A stretch of 64,000 bases of DNA from the human T2T-CHM13v2.0 reference genome, Homo sapiens, in assembly GCF_009914755.1 (NCBI RefSeq), contig NC_060940.1, one strand, 5' to 3'. Within the stretch, counting starts at the first letter, position 1; each line of letters opens with the position of its first letter. The translations under genes were made by a program, and so were the position numbers. The notes beneath the pieces were generated by a model, which was not told the DNA's origin, ran no database searches, and saw nothing but the letters and a program-made list of their open reading frames with translations. This document shows, piece by piece, positions 39,708 to 53,733 of this stretch.

Positions 39708-40053
39708 GGTGGGGCATGGTGGTTCACACCTGTAATCCCAGCGCTTTGCCAGGCCGAGAGAAGTGGATCACCTAAGGTCAGAAGTTCGAGACCAGCCTGG
39801 CCAACATGGTGAAACCCTATCTCTACTAAAAATACAAAAATTAGCTGGCGTTGTGGTGCATGCCTATAATCCCAGCTACTCGGGAGGCTGAGGCAGGAGA
39901 CTCCCTTGAACCTGAGAGATGGAGGTTGCAGTGAGCTGAGATCACGCACGCCATTGCACTCCAACCTGGGCAATAGAGCAAGACTCCATCAAGGAAGGAA
40001 GAGAGGAAGGGAGGAAGGGAGAAAAGGAGGAAGGGAGGGAGGGAGGGAAGAAA
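39708..40053 (+). mobile_element. AluS with GA-rich (GGAA/GGGA) tail, inserted in a MIR
   Basis: TSD AATACAAGAAG at 39697 and 40054. Confidence 0.93.
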
Positions 40054-40064
40054 AATACAAGAAG

Positions 40065-40330
40065 AGGAATAGCCACCATTTCTCAAGCGCTTACTAAGTG
40101 TCAGATGCTGAGTTTGGTACAGAGGCACTGTCTTATTTAATCCTCATACACACACACACACACACAAAACCCACAGAATTGGTATGATTTATTGCTCTCA
40201 TTTGACATTTGAGAAAGTTGAGGCTCAGAAAGGTTAAATAAATTACTTGAGGCCAAACAGCTAGTAAGCGGCTGAGAGCAGGTTTGAAGCCAGGTTTATT
40301 TAAAGCTCAGCTCACACTCTTAACCTCCGT
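40065..40330 (-). mobile_element. MIR with internal (CA)n
   Basis: TCTTATTTAATCCTCA...GAGGCTCAGAAAGGTTAAAT. Confidence 0.8.
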
Positions 40331-40375
40331 GAGAGTTTGCCTCTCCTGACTGCACAGACTTTCCCACCACCCACT

Positions 40376-40595
40376 CAGGACCAGCCTTTCCATAAGGATC
40401 AGTGCTGAGGGCCCATAGCAATTTTAGGGGCCCAGGAGAATGTTTTGCTTCTTGCAATAAGCAAGATACGCATGTTGGCTATGCTGATATAAAGGTAAAG
40501 CAGTGGTAAAATATAAATATAATATTTTTCCGATGGAGGAAAGGGCTCGTGAAGACAAAAGTGCTTAAGATCCACAAAGATCATCATGCAGCCAG
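40376..40595. mobile_element. ORSL-like hAT-Tip100 MITE
   Basis: GGGCCCA...TTTTAGGGGCCCA...ATGGAGGAAAGGGC...AAAAGTGC matches recalled consensus. Confidence 0.6.
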
Positions 40596-40886
40596 TTGCC
40601 TATTAGGTCCTACAGATCTCTTGGATTTTATTTTCTCACTTTTTCTATAGAGAAAGTGAGGTCCGGCAAGAGTAAAGGATGCATCCTGGGTCATGTGGCA
40701 AATGAGTGATTGAGTCAGCACCCGTGAACTTCCCATCTCACTTCTGAGCCTTTTGCATATCCAGTCCAAAGAGTCAGAAACCAAGCTTCCTCTTTTGTGC
40801 CTTCTTGTACTTCTCTGCTGTACTTACACAGGGGAGTCAATCTTAGATGGCATTGGATTGGCTTTGATTTTTGTTATGCAGCATCT

Positions 40887-41248
<362 letters not shown>

Positions 41249-41781
41249 TTCATTATTTTTTAAAGAATGTAAGTAGAGCACATGTGAGAAATAGATGACT
41301 CTAGGTGTTTTTTCCCCTCGTGTTGCCACCATTTATATTAAATACAACCCCATAAGTACAAAGGCTCAGAGAAGGTTAAAAAGTGCTTATAGAGTGGTAA
41401 GAGATTATTATGAGAAAGTATTTATTAGGCTGGATGTTTAGAGCCGAAAAATGAAAACAATTTCCTTCAAAAAAAAAAAAAAAAAAAAAACTGCCAGCAG
41501 ACATTCTGGAACACCTATCCCAGTAATCTATTTTTTTGGTTTTAAATTTGTTAGAAGTGCCCTTACTCTGGCCCCTTCCCGGGGAATGCTGGAGGCTGGT
41601 CCCGGTTATCCGAGGCCTTCCCCTGCAGTCTCCGCTTTCCGACAGGTCTCCGCTGGGTCTGCCCCATGACCCGGGCCATTTCACCCTCCCATCCCTTCCT
41701 TCTGGGTTGCCGGTGTTATTTATTTTTAATGCCTTTGATTCATTCCTCTCTTGTTTTGACCAGGCAAACAGCACACATCTG

Positions 41782-41800
41782 CTGCCACCAGGAGGTGTCA
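41782..41800 (+). promoter_or_regulatory. Candidate CTCF site
   Basis: CTGCCACCAGGAGGTGTCA versus core CCASYAGRKGGC; motif match only. Confidence 0.4.
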
Positions 41801-41898
41801 ATAGTTCATACTGCTCAATTTGTATGCCCTAAACCCACTGTAGGACTGATTTTGCAATGCCTGTATCTCAAGTTTCAATTTCAAAGCATTATGCTGCG

Positions 41899-41907
41899 TT
41901 CCGGGAA
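41899..41907. promoter_or_regulatory. STAT GAS motif
   Basis: TTCCGGGAA in unique sequence; motif match only. Confidence 0.3.
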
Positions 41908-42174
41908 TTAAAGATTAATAGGTTGAATTAAAGATTTATTTTAGGGGGTGCGTTATTATCAGGCAAATCACGTTCTTTTCATTTTAGACATATGGGCTAT
42001 TACGATTTCATCTTTTTTTGCTAAAAGCTCAATTACATCAATATCACTCGAGAGCCTCCAAACACTAAGCTAAAAGCTGGGCTTCTCCGCGGCCAGATGC
42101 CTATTGCCCTTTAAGGATTAACTTTCTGAGGATGAATGCCGTCCGTCCTGTGCGGAGTTATCTCCCTAATAAGA

Positions 42175-42630
42175 AGCTGATCAGTTACACCTCTGCTTAA
42201 AACCTCGGCTGGCTTCCTGTTGCTTACAGAAGGAAGTTTAAACTCCTTACTCGGTCCTATAAAGCATTTCATAGCCTGGGCCCAGCCTGTCTTTCACAAT
42301 TCCCAAGGCACCCCCCTGCTCTTCTTCATACTGAAGAAGACCAGGCCCTGCCAAAATTGTCCATCTTTTACATAGGACGTCTTCCTTACCTCCGCAACCT
42401 TCGTTTAAGAGAGAGGTAAAACAATCCCCAAGTGTCCCTCACCCTAGGCCAAAGTGCTCTCGAAGAGCCTGTGTGCTTCAGGAATGCGGCTTAGCTGGCC
42501 ACACTGTTAAATATCCATATATTCCTCCCTTCCCCCACACTGAGTCCCCAAAGACAGGAGTTGAGAATTATTCCTATTTGTAACACTAGGGTTCAACACA
42601 GTGGCAATCACATTCAATAAAGATTAAGAA
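42175..42630 (+). mobile_element. L2
   Basis: CCTCTGCTTAAAACCT...GGCTTCC...AAACTCCTTA; GAATGAGTGAATG end after the Alu. Confidence 0.75.
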
Positions 42631-42633
42631 GTG

Positions 42634-42940
42634 GGCCGGGTACGGTGGCTCATGCCGGCAATCCCAGCACTTTGGGAGGCTGAGGTGGGTGGATCGCTGG
42701 AGCTCAGGAGTTTGAGACCAGCCTGGGCAACATGGAGAAACCGTCTCTACAAAAAATACAAAGATTACCTGGGTGTATGGCTACATTGGGGCTTGAGGCA
42801 GGAGAGTCACTACTTGGGGGTCTCAGGTGGGAGGATCACTTGAGCCTGGGAAGTCCAGGCTTCAGCGAGCTGTGTTTGCACCACTGCATTCCAGCCTGGG
42901 TGACAAAGTGAGACCCTGTCTCAAAAAAAAAAAAAAAAAA
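42634..42940 (+). mobile_element. AluJ with rearranged right-arm start
   Basis: J-type arms; TSD AGATTAAGAAGTG/AATTTAGGAAGTG. Confidence 0.9.
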
Positions 42941-43092
42941 TTTAGGAAGTGAATGAGTGAATGCACTTGCACATGAAGTCACACGCAACACAGCCAACAG
43001 AACACAACAGCAAAATCATCAACAACAATCACTGTTGTTAGCTACTGGTGGCTCCATTTTGATTCTTATATTCGGTAAGTATAGAAAAACCA

Positions 43093-43454
<362 letters not shown>

Positions 43455-43767
43455 TTATATAGACTGGGACTGCAGTGAGTGCTTAAGAAATCATCTGAAT
43501 GGCTCCAGTCTTTGGTTTTGACCAGGACTGCCGAGGTGTGTGTAGTGGGTAGAGGGCAGGGGTTTAGGGGAGGGAGAATAATGTCTCTAAATGGGTGGCA
43601 GTCACCTGGGCTTGCAACACAGTATTAAAGAGGCCATTCTAAAAGAAAAAGGTGGGGTGCACAGATTTTCAGTTTTTCGGGATGAGGAAAGTGACAATGA
43701 CAAGGACCTTTTAGGGAAGAGATAGGCATGATGGAAAGGGGAAGGAATCTCTATAAAAGTTAAACTT

Positions 43768-44068
43768 GGCTGGGCGCAGTGGCTCACTCCTGCAATCCCA
43801 GCACTTTGGGAGGCCGAAGTGGGTGGATCAGGAGGTCAGGAGTTCAAGACCAGCCTGGCCATGATGGTGAAACCCCATCTCTACTAAAAATACAAAAATT
43901 AGCCGGGCGTGGTGGCGGGAGCTTGTAATCCCAGCTACTCGGGAGGCTGAGGCAGAAAATTGCTTGAACCCAGGAAGCAGCGGTTACAGTGAGCTGAGAT
44001 CATGCCACTGCACTCCAGCCTGGGTGACAGAGTCAGACTCCGTCTCAAAAATAAAAATAAAAATAAAT
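43768..44068 (+). mobile_element. AluS (Sg-like)
   Basis: Full dimer with (TAAAAA)n tail. Confidence 0.95.
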
Positions 44069-44079
44069 AAGTTAAACCT

Positions 44080-44381
<302 letters not shown>

Positions 44382-44822
44382 TCAGTCGGAAGCAGCAGAG
44401 AAGCAATGGAGTGGCTGCTTTGCCAGGAGGAAGACACTCCTCCTTGAGTCTCAGCTACTCAATTTCTGAACAAAGTTTTCAAAGTGGTGTTCTGAGCTTC
44501 AAGACAGAAAGGGCATGTTCAACACCTTGCAAATGGACAGTTATTCCCTTGTCTTTGCGCTTCTAAGACGGAACTTCCACGCCATATCCATGCTAGCTCC
44601 TTTCTCCCCTCCACTCACTGACCCTGAAGGTGGAGGGGCCTACCTACTGATGACATTTGGGAGAGCCTGCACATGGCGTGGCCGTTGTTGGCTCTCTCTC
44701 AGGTCTACCTGCAGAGGGCTTCTCTTTTTGCTCCTGAGTCCATGGGATAAGTCCAGGCAGAAATAAGCATTTCTGCCTGAGGCCCAGCATCTGCTTTCTG
44801 GAGACAGTGTAGAAGGTCATTT

Positions 44823-45258
44823 TGTGTCCGGAGTTGGTTCCTTCCAGTGGTGTTCATGGTCTTGCTGACTTCAAGAACGGAGCTGCAGACCTTCGCAGTG
44901 AGTGTTACAACTCTTTACATGGCACAGACCCAAAACATGAGCAGCAACAAGATGTACTGTGAAGAGCGAGAGAACAAAGCTTCCACAGCTCAGAAGACCC
45001 AGGTTGCCACTGCTGGCTGGAGGGGTGGGTGGGGGGTGCAGGTTTTATTCCTTTATTTATCCCTGCCAATGTCCTGCTGATTGGTCCATTTTACAGTGTG
45101 CTGATTGGTGCATTTTACAAACCTCTAGCTAGCTACAGAGCACTGATTGGTGTGTTTTTACAGAGCACTGATTGGTGCATTTTACAAACCTTTTGTAAGA
45201 CAGAAAAGTTCTCCAAGCCCCCACTTGACCCAGGAAGTCCAGCTGGCTTCACCTCTCA
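44823..45258 (-). mobile_element. LTR12F-like (HERV9/ERV1) solo LTR
   Basis: TGTGTCCGGAGTTGGTTCC...GCTGGCTTCACCTCTCA; four CTGATTGG boxes; TSD ATTT. Confidence 0.9.
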
Positions 45259-45440
45259 ATTTCTATAGGTCCTAACTAATGAGGTTTTTCAGGTGGGAGA
45301 GAGTGATCCCATTTGCAATTGACCAAGGAAGAGTCTGCTTTACAAAGGGGCATCCTAATCCCTTGTCTTGGAGGAGGGTGTGAGAGGCAAGGTGTGAATT
45401 CCCACTTCCTAGCCACAGATTCCAGCCACATTTTTAAAAT

Positions 45441-45771
<331 letters not shown>

Positions 45772-46834
45772 TAGCTATAAAGATGATATTTTGATCTTCA
45801 TCTCTCAGATTCTCATAGCTATTTCTTGATTAATTCTGAACTTCGAGGGAAAAGGGTTTCAATTGGCCACTTAAGGTGTTGCCCACATTCCTTTAGTTCT
45901 AAGTCAAATGATGGGTCCCTGGACCACAACAGGAACCCATGAAAGATCTCTTTCTTCAATCCACATTTCTGATGTAAAAAGTCTGACTCATTTGATTCCA
46001 TTTGGATCTCCATTTGCTATTCTAAAAGAGAACCTTGAGTCACTGGGGATAAATACTGGGGATATGAACTAAACCACAGTGTGAACAACAGCACCTTCAA
46101 CAACAACACCAGAAAGAACCACATTACCTTGGTGAACTATGAGGCAAATGGAATTCAACTGTGCGTTGTACTCCAATTGAAATAAGCAAAGTTTTACTAA
46201 AAAGAAGTAGACCTAAAGAATTATTCAAACAGACTCTAACCTAGATATTTTTCTTAAAAAAAAAAAAAAGACTTCACCTACTGCACCCAAACAAAATCAA
46301 AACTTCAAAATATTTTTTGAATCGAATTATTTAATTATCTTCAAGTATTCAATACACTTTATGTGATTTTTTTTTTCCAGGTGTAGAAAAATTTTCAGTA
46401 AATTCAACCATATGTATTGCTTCTCTCCTAACCTTTCAATTCCCCTAAAGTAAATCACATTCCCTTTTGGTCACCATCCTTCAATTCTGTTTCATCTTTA
46501 ATAATATATATGCATAAAGGGCCAACAAAAGTAGCCAAAAGATTTTATCTAAGCTAGTATAATATTTCATGTTTTTTCAAAGAAATTTTGAAATTCATGG
46601 TTGAAGCATGTCTGATGATGGAATTTCCACTTTTCAAGAAGCTTTAAAGAATTGTTGAAGGATGATCTTTTAATAGGTTTCAAGTAGATGAACCTGTCCC
46701 ACTGCCATCCGAGTAGATAGCCTGTGGGGCTTCTAGTTCTGACTCGCACACTGCTCAAACCAAATAGTAGAGTACTATTTAAATGAGAGGGCTGAGAGTC
46801 GGATACCTGTTTGATTATTTGTTCATCCGCTGGC

Positions 46835-46965
46835 TCATTCATTCATTCATTCATTCAACAAATACTCAGCAAGCCTCTCTCTGTAAGGTGCCCCTGGTGA
46901 ATCAGGAAGAATTCGTAGTGAATAAGTCACAGTCTTCCTTGAAACTCACAAATTGGAGGAGGAAA
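46835..46965 (-). mobile_element. L2 3' end
   Basis: (CATT)n followed by CAACAAATACTCAG. Confidence 0.75.
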
Positions 46966-47239
46966 CAGAAACACTGATGGATAAATCATGATAGAATAAG
47001 GGGTACGGATGTGACGGGGAATTCTGAGAACTCTTAGTGTTTCTGCTGAATGGCAGTGACCATTTATTAGCCATTGGTGAAATAGCTATTTCCAGGAAAT
47101 TCTCGGTCAAGGAAATAAGCTTCTCCAACTCGATTGAGCTGCATTCTGTCATGCAGGAAGTGCTTCTAAGACTCATAAGGGCCTGTGAGTAGCACCAAGT
47201 ATCCAGCAGACAATAAGCTGAGCTGTGATTAGAAATTAC

Positions 47240-47425
47240 CTAAAATAGTAGTTGTAGCTAACTGACTGTGCACTGACTTTGGGCCAGACACTGTTTGATG
47301 CACCTTAACCCTCAAAACCACCCTGTAAGGTAGATGCTATTATAATTCCCCTTTGTAAATGATGAACCTGAGCTACAGAAAAGATGAATAACTTCAAAAA
47401 CACAGTTAGTAAATGGTAGAGTATA
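47240..47425 (-). mobile_element. MIR
   Basis: CCACCCTGTAAGGTAGATGCTATTAT...GATGAACCTGAG. Confidence 0.8.
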
Positions 47426-48364
47426 TATTTTTTATTGGCTCAATGCAGTACAACCTAGATGGGGTTTCTTGAGCTAACAACTTTGTGCTTTTGTTTCTCT
47501 CTCTCTCTCATAAAAATAATATGAAAGATTTACAAAATCACACAAACAGAAATACCTCCATCATGGTGCTTTGTTGTTTTGGGGATTCTATGTTAATAGG
47601 AATATTTTGTTTTCTCAAACATTAAGTGTTTCATCTTCTATGGATACTTTCATGCAGGTCTAAAACACACAGCTAATGTTTTTAGAAAGCATCGACTTAA
47701 AATCTAACAGGTAAAAATGTACATTCATAAAAATTTATGTAAAATATATAAAAGCAATAATCTAATTTTTCTCCCAGTGAGACAATTTGAAACAAATTCA
47801 GTAAAGTTCAAGTCTGTAAATTCATTTAAGAAATATACACATAAAAAATTAAATTAAAAAAGAAATATGCACATAAAATCACTGCAAAATTATAGGTTCT
47901 TTAAGGAAGATTATATGAACAAGGCCCCCTTTTACTTTTCGGAGATGAAAGAAGAAAGATTTATTGAACTCAAGTGAAATAAAGATTTCAGCATTCATTC
48001 TACCTAAGGGACTGTATCATAGAAATCATGTCTAAAATTCACAGTTGGAGACTCTCCTTTGAATTAAAACATTGTCACTAGAAGGCCTCTATACTCTACA
48101 CATCACCTAAGAGAAGAAGAAGCTCCTTATGATATATTAACGTCTTGTAATAAATTATTACACTTAACTTGTCAAATGAGCTAATTGCAACCTTGGAAAG
48201 CATTTCAGCAGAGGTATGAAAAATGGGACTCAGAAAAAGTTAACAATGAATGTTAACAATGTAGTTAACAATGAATCTTCATGGCTTTTCATGACTTTTT
48301 GAAAACACCGTTTCTTATTGATTTCTGAGTGCTCTTTGTATACATTACTGAAAATTTGCTATTT

Positions 48365-49220
48365 TTGCCCCTTAGCATTCCTTCTCCCTTCTCTGACAAC
48401 AGAATCACTGTGTATTGTGAAAAATGCATTTCAGGGGGTTTGGATGGCACTGACGTATGCTTTTCTCTGCCACAAGGGTAACACATGGTCCAGGCTTGCC
48501 CAATCAGAGTATTCCACTCCAGCAACAATGATTACTCAGTGATATGGTTTGGATCTGTGTCCCTACCCAAATCTCATGTTCAGTTGTAATCCCCAGTGTT
48601 GGAGATGGGGCCTGGTGGGAGTGATTGGATCACTGGGGTAGTTTCTAATGGTTCAGCACCATCCCCCTAGTGCTGTTCTTGTGATAGAGTTCTCACAAGA
48701 TCTGGCAGTTTAAAAATGTGTAGCACCTTCCCACTCTCTCACTTCTTCCTCCTCCAGCCATGTGAAGTGCTGGCTCCCCCTTTGCCTTCCACCATGATTG
48801 TAAGTTTCCTGAGGCCTCCCCAGAAACTGAGAAGATGCCAGAATCATGCTTCCTGCACAGCCTGCAGAACTATGAGCCAATTAAACTCCCTTTCTTTATA
48901 GATTACCTAGACTCAAGTATTTCTTTATAGCAATGTGAGAACAGACAAATACATTCACTGATGAATCTGTGACCCAAGCTGGGCTAACATCCTTTTAAAA
49001 GTTTTTCTGCTGGAGCTATCAGAGAAGGAGGTCTCTTTCCTGGAGGGCTATTCAGCTGGTAGGATGGAAGGCTTGGCCTATGGGTGAACAACCTGGCTTC
49101 CTTATGAAGAGAGCTTCAGCCAACATCATCCCTGGGCTTTCCAGTTACAGAGCCAGCAAATCCCCAGGTACACATCAGCAAAGTGGAGTTGGATTACTTT
49201 CACTTCGGTTAAAAGTAGCC
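48365..49220 (+). mobile_element. MLT1J/K-type LTR split by MSTA
   Basis: CCAGGCTTGCCCAATCAGAGTATTCC before; GTGACCCAAGCTGGGC and CCAGTTACAGAGCCAGCAAATCCC after. Confidence 0.65.
48540..48953 (+). mobile_element. MSTA MaLR solo LTR
   Basis: TGATATGGTTTGGATCTGTGTCCC...CAAATACA. Confidence 0.92.
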
Positions 49221-49403
49221 TGATGAAATTATACATTGAAGATACCAGCATTTTGCTGTCACCTATGTGGCAAGTGTTTCCTCCAATTGTTTGTTTTTTA
49301 ATTTCATTTAAGGAGGTTTCTGTCATATAGAAATTTTTCATGTTTAAGGAGTCAATCCTTTTTCTCTTTAGTATCTAGCTTTGTTGATACACTTCGAAAA
49401 TCT

Positions 49404-49631
49404 GGCCGGGTGTGGTGGCTCATGCCTGTCATCCCAGCACTTTGGGAGGCTGAGGCAGGTGGATGGCTTAAGCCCAGGAGTTCAAGACCAGCCTGGCCAA
49501 CATGGAGAAACCCTGACTCTACAAACAATACAAAAATTAGCCAGTGTAGTGGTGCATGCCTGTAATCCCAGCTACTTGGGAGGCTGAGACGTGAGAATCA
49601 CTTGAGTCCAGAAGGTGGAGGTTGCAGTGAT
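49404..49631 (+). mobile_element. Alu, 3'-truncated (no tail)
   Basis: Ends at GTTGCAGTGA. Confidence 0.9.
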
Positions 49632-51398
49632 CTTCCTCAAAATCCGTCTCTAATCTGTTAACAGTTACCTACTTTTTCTAGTACTTTTGTGGTTTTGTTT
49701 TCACATTTAATTTTTGATTCTTCATGACTTTGTTGTATTATAAGGTGTGTAATAGGCAGCCAATTTTATTTACAAATAGTTTCTTGTCCCAATCTTTTTC
49801 TAAATATTTTAACACTACATTTTCTTTGTCCCAATTCATGTTCATGCTTTGACTTTTGTCTTGCTTCAGGTGTCCCAATTCTTGCACCAATTTTAATTAA
49901 TGGATACTTGTACCTTGTAGAAGAAAATTCACCCTCATTATTCTTTTCCTGGCAATTCTTGCACATTTATACTTCTAAATTAGTTCTAGAATCATTTTTG
50001 TCAAGTTTCAGAATCACCTTGCTGGAATTTGCTTGGGACTATATATATGTGTATGAATTTGGAGATAATTATAATATTGAGTCCACGCATGCAAAGATGC
50101 AATTCACTCTGAAACTATTAAAGTTATTTTTATGTTCCTTACTAGAGTTTAGTAACTTTCTTTACATTGGTTCTAAACACTCATTAAGCTTATGCCTGGG
50201 CATTTTGTGTTGTGGGTTTTTAAAAAATTTTTTTAGTGGGATTGTTTTAACCATTGTATTTCCTAACTAGTGTTTACTATATATGAAAGCTATTCGTTTT
50301 GCAATGAGTTAGGATAGTAAACTCTCTTGGCCCTAACAATTTCTCAGTATCTCTCAGGTATTTCGGGTGGACAATTTCAATAACTGTAAATGACAACGTT
50401 TTTGTCACTTTCCTTCAAATACAGAAACCTTATTTCTTATTTTCACTAATGACATTGGCGAGCACTTTCAGAAACTTGTTAAGACATATTCATAACAGGA
50501 CATCTTTGTTTTGTCTCCAACTGTAGTGACATGATTCTAGTGGGTTTCAGTAAAAAGCAAGACAGTGACTATTGGTCTGAGATTATGTATATGGTAAAGT
50601 TGTCATACTAGATTATGGAAGTCTTCTATTCCAATATTACTAAGTTTTCATCTTTTCGTTTTTTACTGAGGCAAAAATTTACCTGTGAAATGTATAGATC
50701 TTACTTGTTATAGCTTGATGAGTTTTGAAAAATACATGCACTCATATAATTCATATTCCTAACAACATCTAGAACATTTCCGTCACCCCAGAAAGTTCTT
50801 TTTGTAGTGAATCCCCATCCACAACCTCCCTCTGAGGTAACTACTTCTCAAATTTCTGTCATTATAAACTAAGTTTTGTATTGATGTGTAACTCACATAT
50901 CAAGTCAAACTTTTAAAATATATGATTCAATAGTACTTATTATATTCAAAGTCATGTCATCACCACTGTCTAATTCCAGAACATGCTCATCCCCATATGT
51001 GGAAAGAAACCACATACCCGTTGGCAGCCACTCCTCATTCCTCCCTCCTCCCAGCCCCTGGTGACCACTAATCTACTTTCTGTCTCTATAGATTTGCCTG
51101 TTCTTGACATTTCATATAAATGGAAGCAAACAATATGTAGCATTTTGTGTCTGGCTTCCAGTTAACATATTGTTTGTAAAGTCTACTCCTGTTGTGACGT
51201 ATATCAGTACCTCATTTCTTTTAATGGCTAAAAATATTTCATGGTATGGAAATACCACATTTTGTTGATCCATTCATCAATGGATAGATATTTGGGTTGT
51301 TTTCATTTTTTGATCATTATGAATAATTCTCCTACACACTTAGTGTACCACTTTTTGTGTAAATATCTTTTCAGTTCTCTTGAGCATATATGTAGGAC

Positions 51399-51886
51399 TG
51401 TTACCGAAACACCAGGGGCTCGGTCTAAGTCCTGTCGCTCGCTGCACAGAAAGCCAGTCACTGAGACAATGATTACCCCCAAGGAGGAAGGCTTTAATTG
51501 GATGCTGCATCCAAGGAGATGGGAGATCAGTTTCAAATCCATCTCCCTGACTGACTAAAATTAGGGGTTTATATAGCAGGGAAGAAATGTAACAATGTGT
51601 AAGAAAAGAGGAACTGGGGAGGGGCAAGGAAGCAATCATGATGAATGAGGGGTCCAGCATCTCATTGTCAGGATGTGTTGATCTGGTGGGTTTCAGTTCT
51701 TTGATACTTTTTTTCTTTTTTTGAAACGTCTGAAAGTCATTTTCTGAGGAAGGAGCTCAGATAAAACAAATGTTAGGTTTCAAGCTTTAAGACCAGAAAG
51801 GTCCATTTCTATGTTTATCAAAAACAAAAACAACAACAAAACAAACAACAACAACAAAAAACTATGGAACTATTGAGTCAGTTTCA
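51399..51886 (-). mobile_element. MER66B-like (ERV1) solo LTR
   Basis: TGTTACCGAAACACCAGGGG...GTCAGTTTCA; 4-bp TSD GGAC; subfamily recalled from memory. Confidence 0.8.
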
Positions 51887-52910
51887 GGACCGTAGGTTAG
51901 TTTTTGCCTGTCGTAAGGCTTGATATAAATGGAATTATACCTCTTATTTCCAACTTTTATCTCTCAGCAGTGTTTTTGATATTTATTCAGGTTGTTGCAT
52001 GTATCAGTAGGTTATTCCTTTCTATTGCTGAGTAGTATTTCATTACAGGAATATATCACAATTTTGTTTATCTGGGCTCCCACGGATGACATTTGGGCTG
52101 TTTTCCATTTGGGGCTACTATGAATAAAGCTGCCATGAATATTCTTGCATATCTTTCAGTGAACCAATGTTTTAATTTCCCTTAGGTATTCAGCTAGGAG
52201 TTAAACTACTGGATCACAAAATAAGTATATGGTTACCTTTACAAATAAATTAGTGTTTTCCAAGTGATTGTACCATTTTGAATTCCCACCAGTGATGTAT
52301 TCAAATTCCGATCATGCTACATACTCATTAACATTTAGTATGTCGGTCTTTTAAAATTTGAGCCATTCTAGTGGGTATGTAGTGGTATCTCATTGTCGTT
52401 TTAATTGTTAATATTATTTTTCTAAGGACTGGTGATGGTGAGTGTTTTTTCATGTGTTTATGGACCATGCATAGCTCTTCTGTTGTGAATTGTCTGTTCA
52501 AGTCTTCTGCACATTTTAGAAATTGTATTGTCCTTTTAGTAGTGAGTTATAGAAGTTCTTTAGGTATTCTAGATGCAATTTTTTTGCCACATATCACACG
52601 TCTTCTCCCAGTCTGTGGCTTGTCTGTTCACATTCTTAATGGTGTCATTTGATGAGCAGAAATTTTGTAGATAGCATATAGTTGAATTTTGAGATTTTTT
52701 CTCTGTCTGTGCATTATGAATTATGTAATCTATTTACATTTACTATTACTGTTTAGATGCTGATGTTTAAATTTTCCATCTTTTTATTTGTTTATCCCAT
52801 TTATGTTTTGCTCTTATTTTTATCTGTTTATCCCATCTGTATTTTGCTGTTATTTTTCTCTCTTATTTTCTACTTTCTTTCGGATTAGTAGAGAATTATA
52901 TAGTAAATCC

Positions 52911-53034
52911 ATTTTATAGAGACAGGTTTTTGCCATGTCACCCAGGCTGGTCTCGAACTCCTGAGCTCAAGCAATCTGCCTGCCTCAGCCTCCCAAAGTG
53001 CTGGGATTACAGATGTAAGCCATCACGCCAGGCT
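52911..53034 (-). mobile_element. Alu left monomer (FLAM_C/AluJ part)
   Basis: CAGGCTGGTCTCGAACTCCTGAGCTCAAGC... Confidence 0.85.
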
Positions 53035-53094
53035 GAATTTTATAGTATTTCATTTTATCTCTCCTACTGGCTTTTTATTCTTTTTTGTTGCATT

Positions 53095-53138
53095 TGTGCG
53101 TGTGCGTGTGTGTGCGTGTGTGTGTGTGCGTGTGTGTG
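53095..53138. repeat. (TG)n/(CGTG)n alternating purine-pyrimidine repeat
   Basis: Directly visible; Z-DNA prone. Confidence 0.9.
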
Positions 53139-53733
53139 ATATCTCTAGAGATTACAATATGCATACGTATAGTTTTCCATGAACGAATATTTTACCACTC
53201 AGTATCTAATTTTAACACTTCACAGCAGTATCATTCATTTACCCTGATCTTTTCCTTTGAATAATTATTCATACATTTTTTCTTGTACCTATTACAAAAA
53301 CCTAATACATTGCTATTGTTTTGCTAAATTATATTTTTTAAAAAAACACAAGAAAACAATGTCCTTTACATTTCCCTACCTAGTCGCCATTTTGGGACCT
53401 TTCCCCCATTCCTTTGCAGAGGTTGTCTTTAATTCTTTTGTAGTGACCCCCAAATTTTATTTTCCCTCTTGAAGACCTTCCTTGATCATTGCTTTATCAA
53501 TTCTGTTAACAAATTCTCTCAACTTTTATTGTTCTGAAAATGTCTTTATTTTCTCTTCACTCTAAAAAAATTATAATTCTTGCCTAATATAGAATTCTAG
53601 GTTGTCAGGGTTTTTTTCTTTCTGCACTTTAAAGATGTTGTTCTTTTGCCTTTCAACTTTCATGGTTAATGAGTCAGCAGTCATTCCTTTCTTGCCCTCA
53701 ATGAAATGCTGCTTTTTTTTTTTTTTGAGATGG

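Noticed and set aside
52781-52857. About 36-bp tandem duplication (also an 18-bp one at about 12716)
   Set aside because: Ordinary slippage inside decayed L1 with no functional sign
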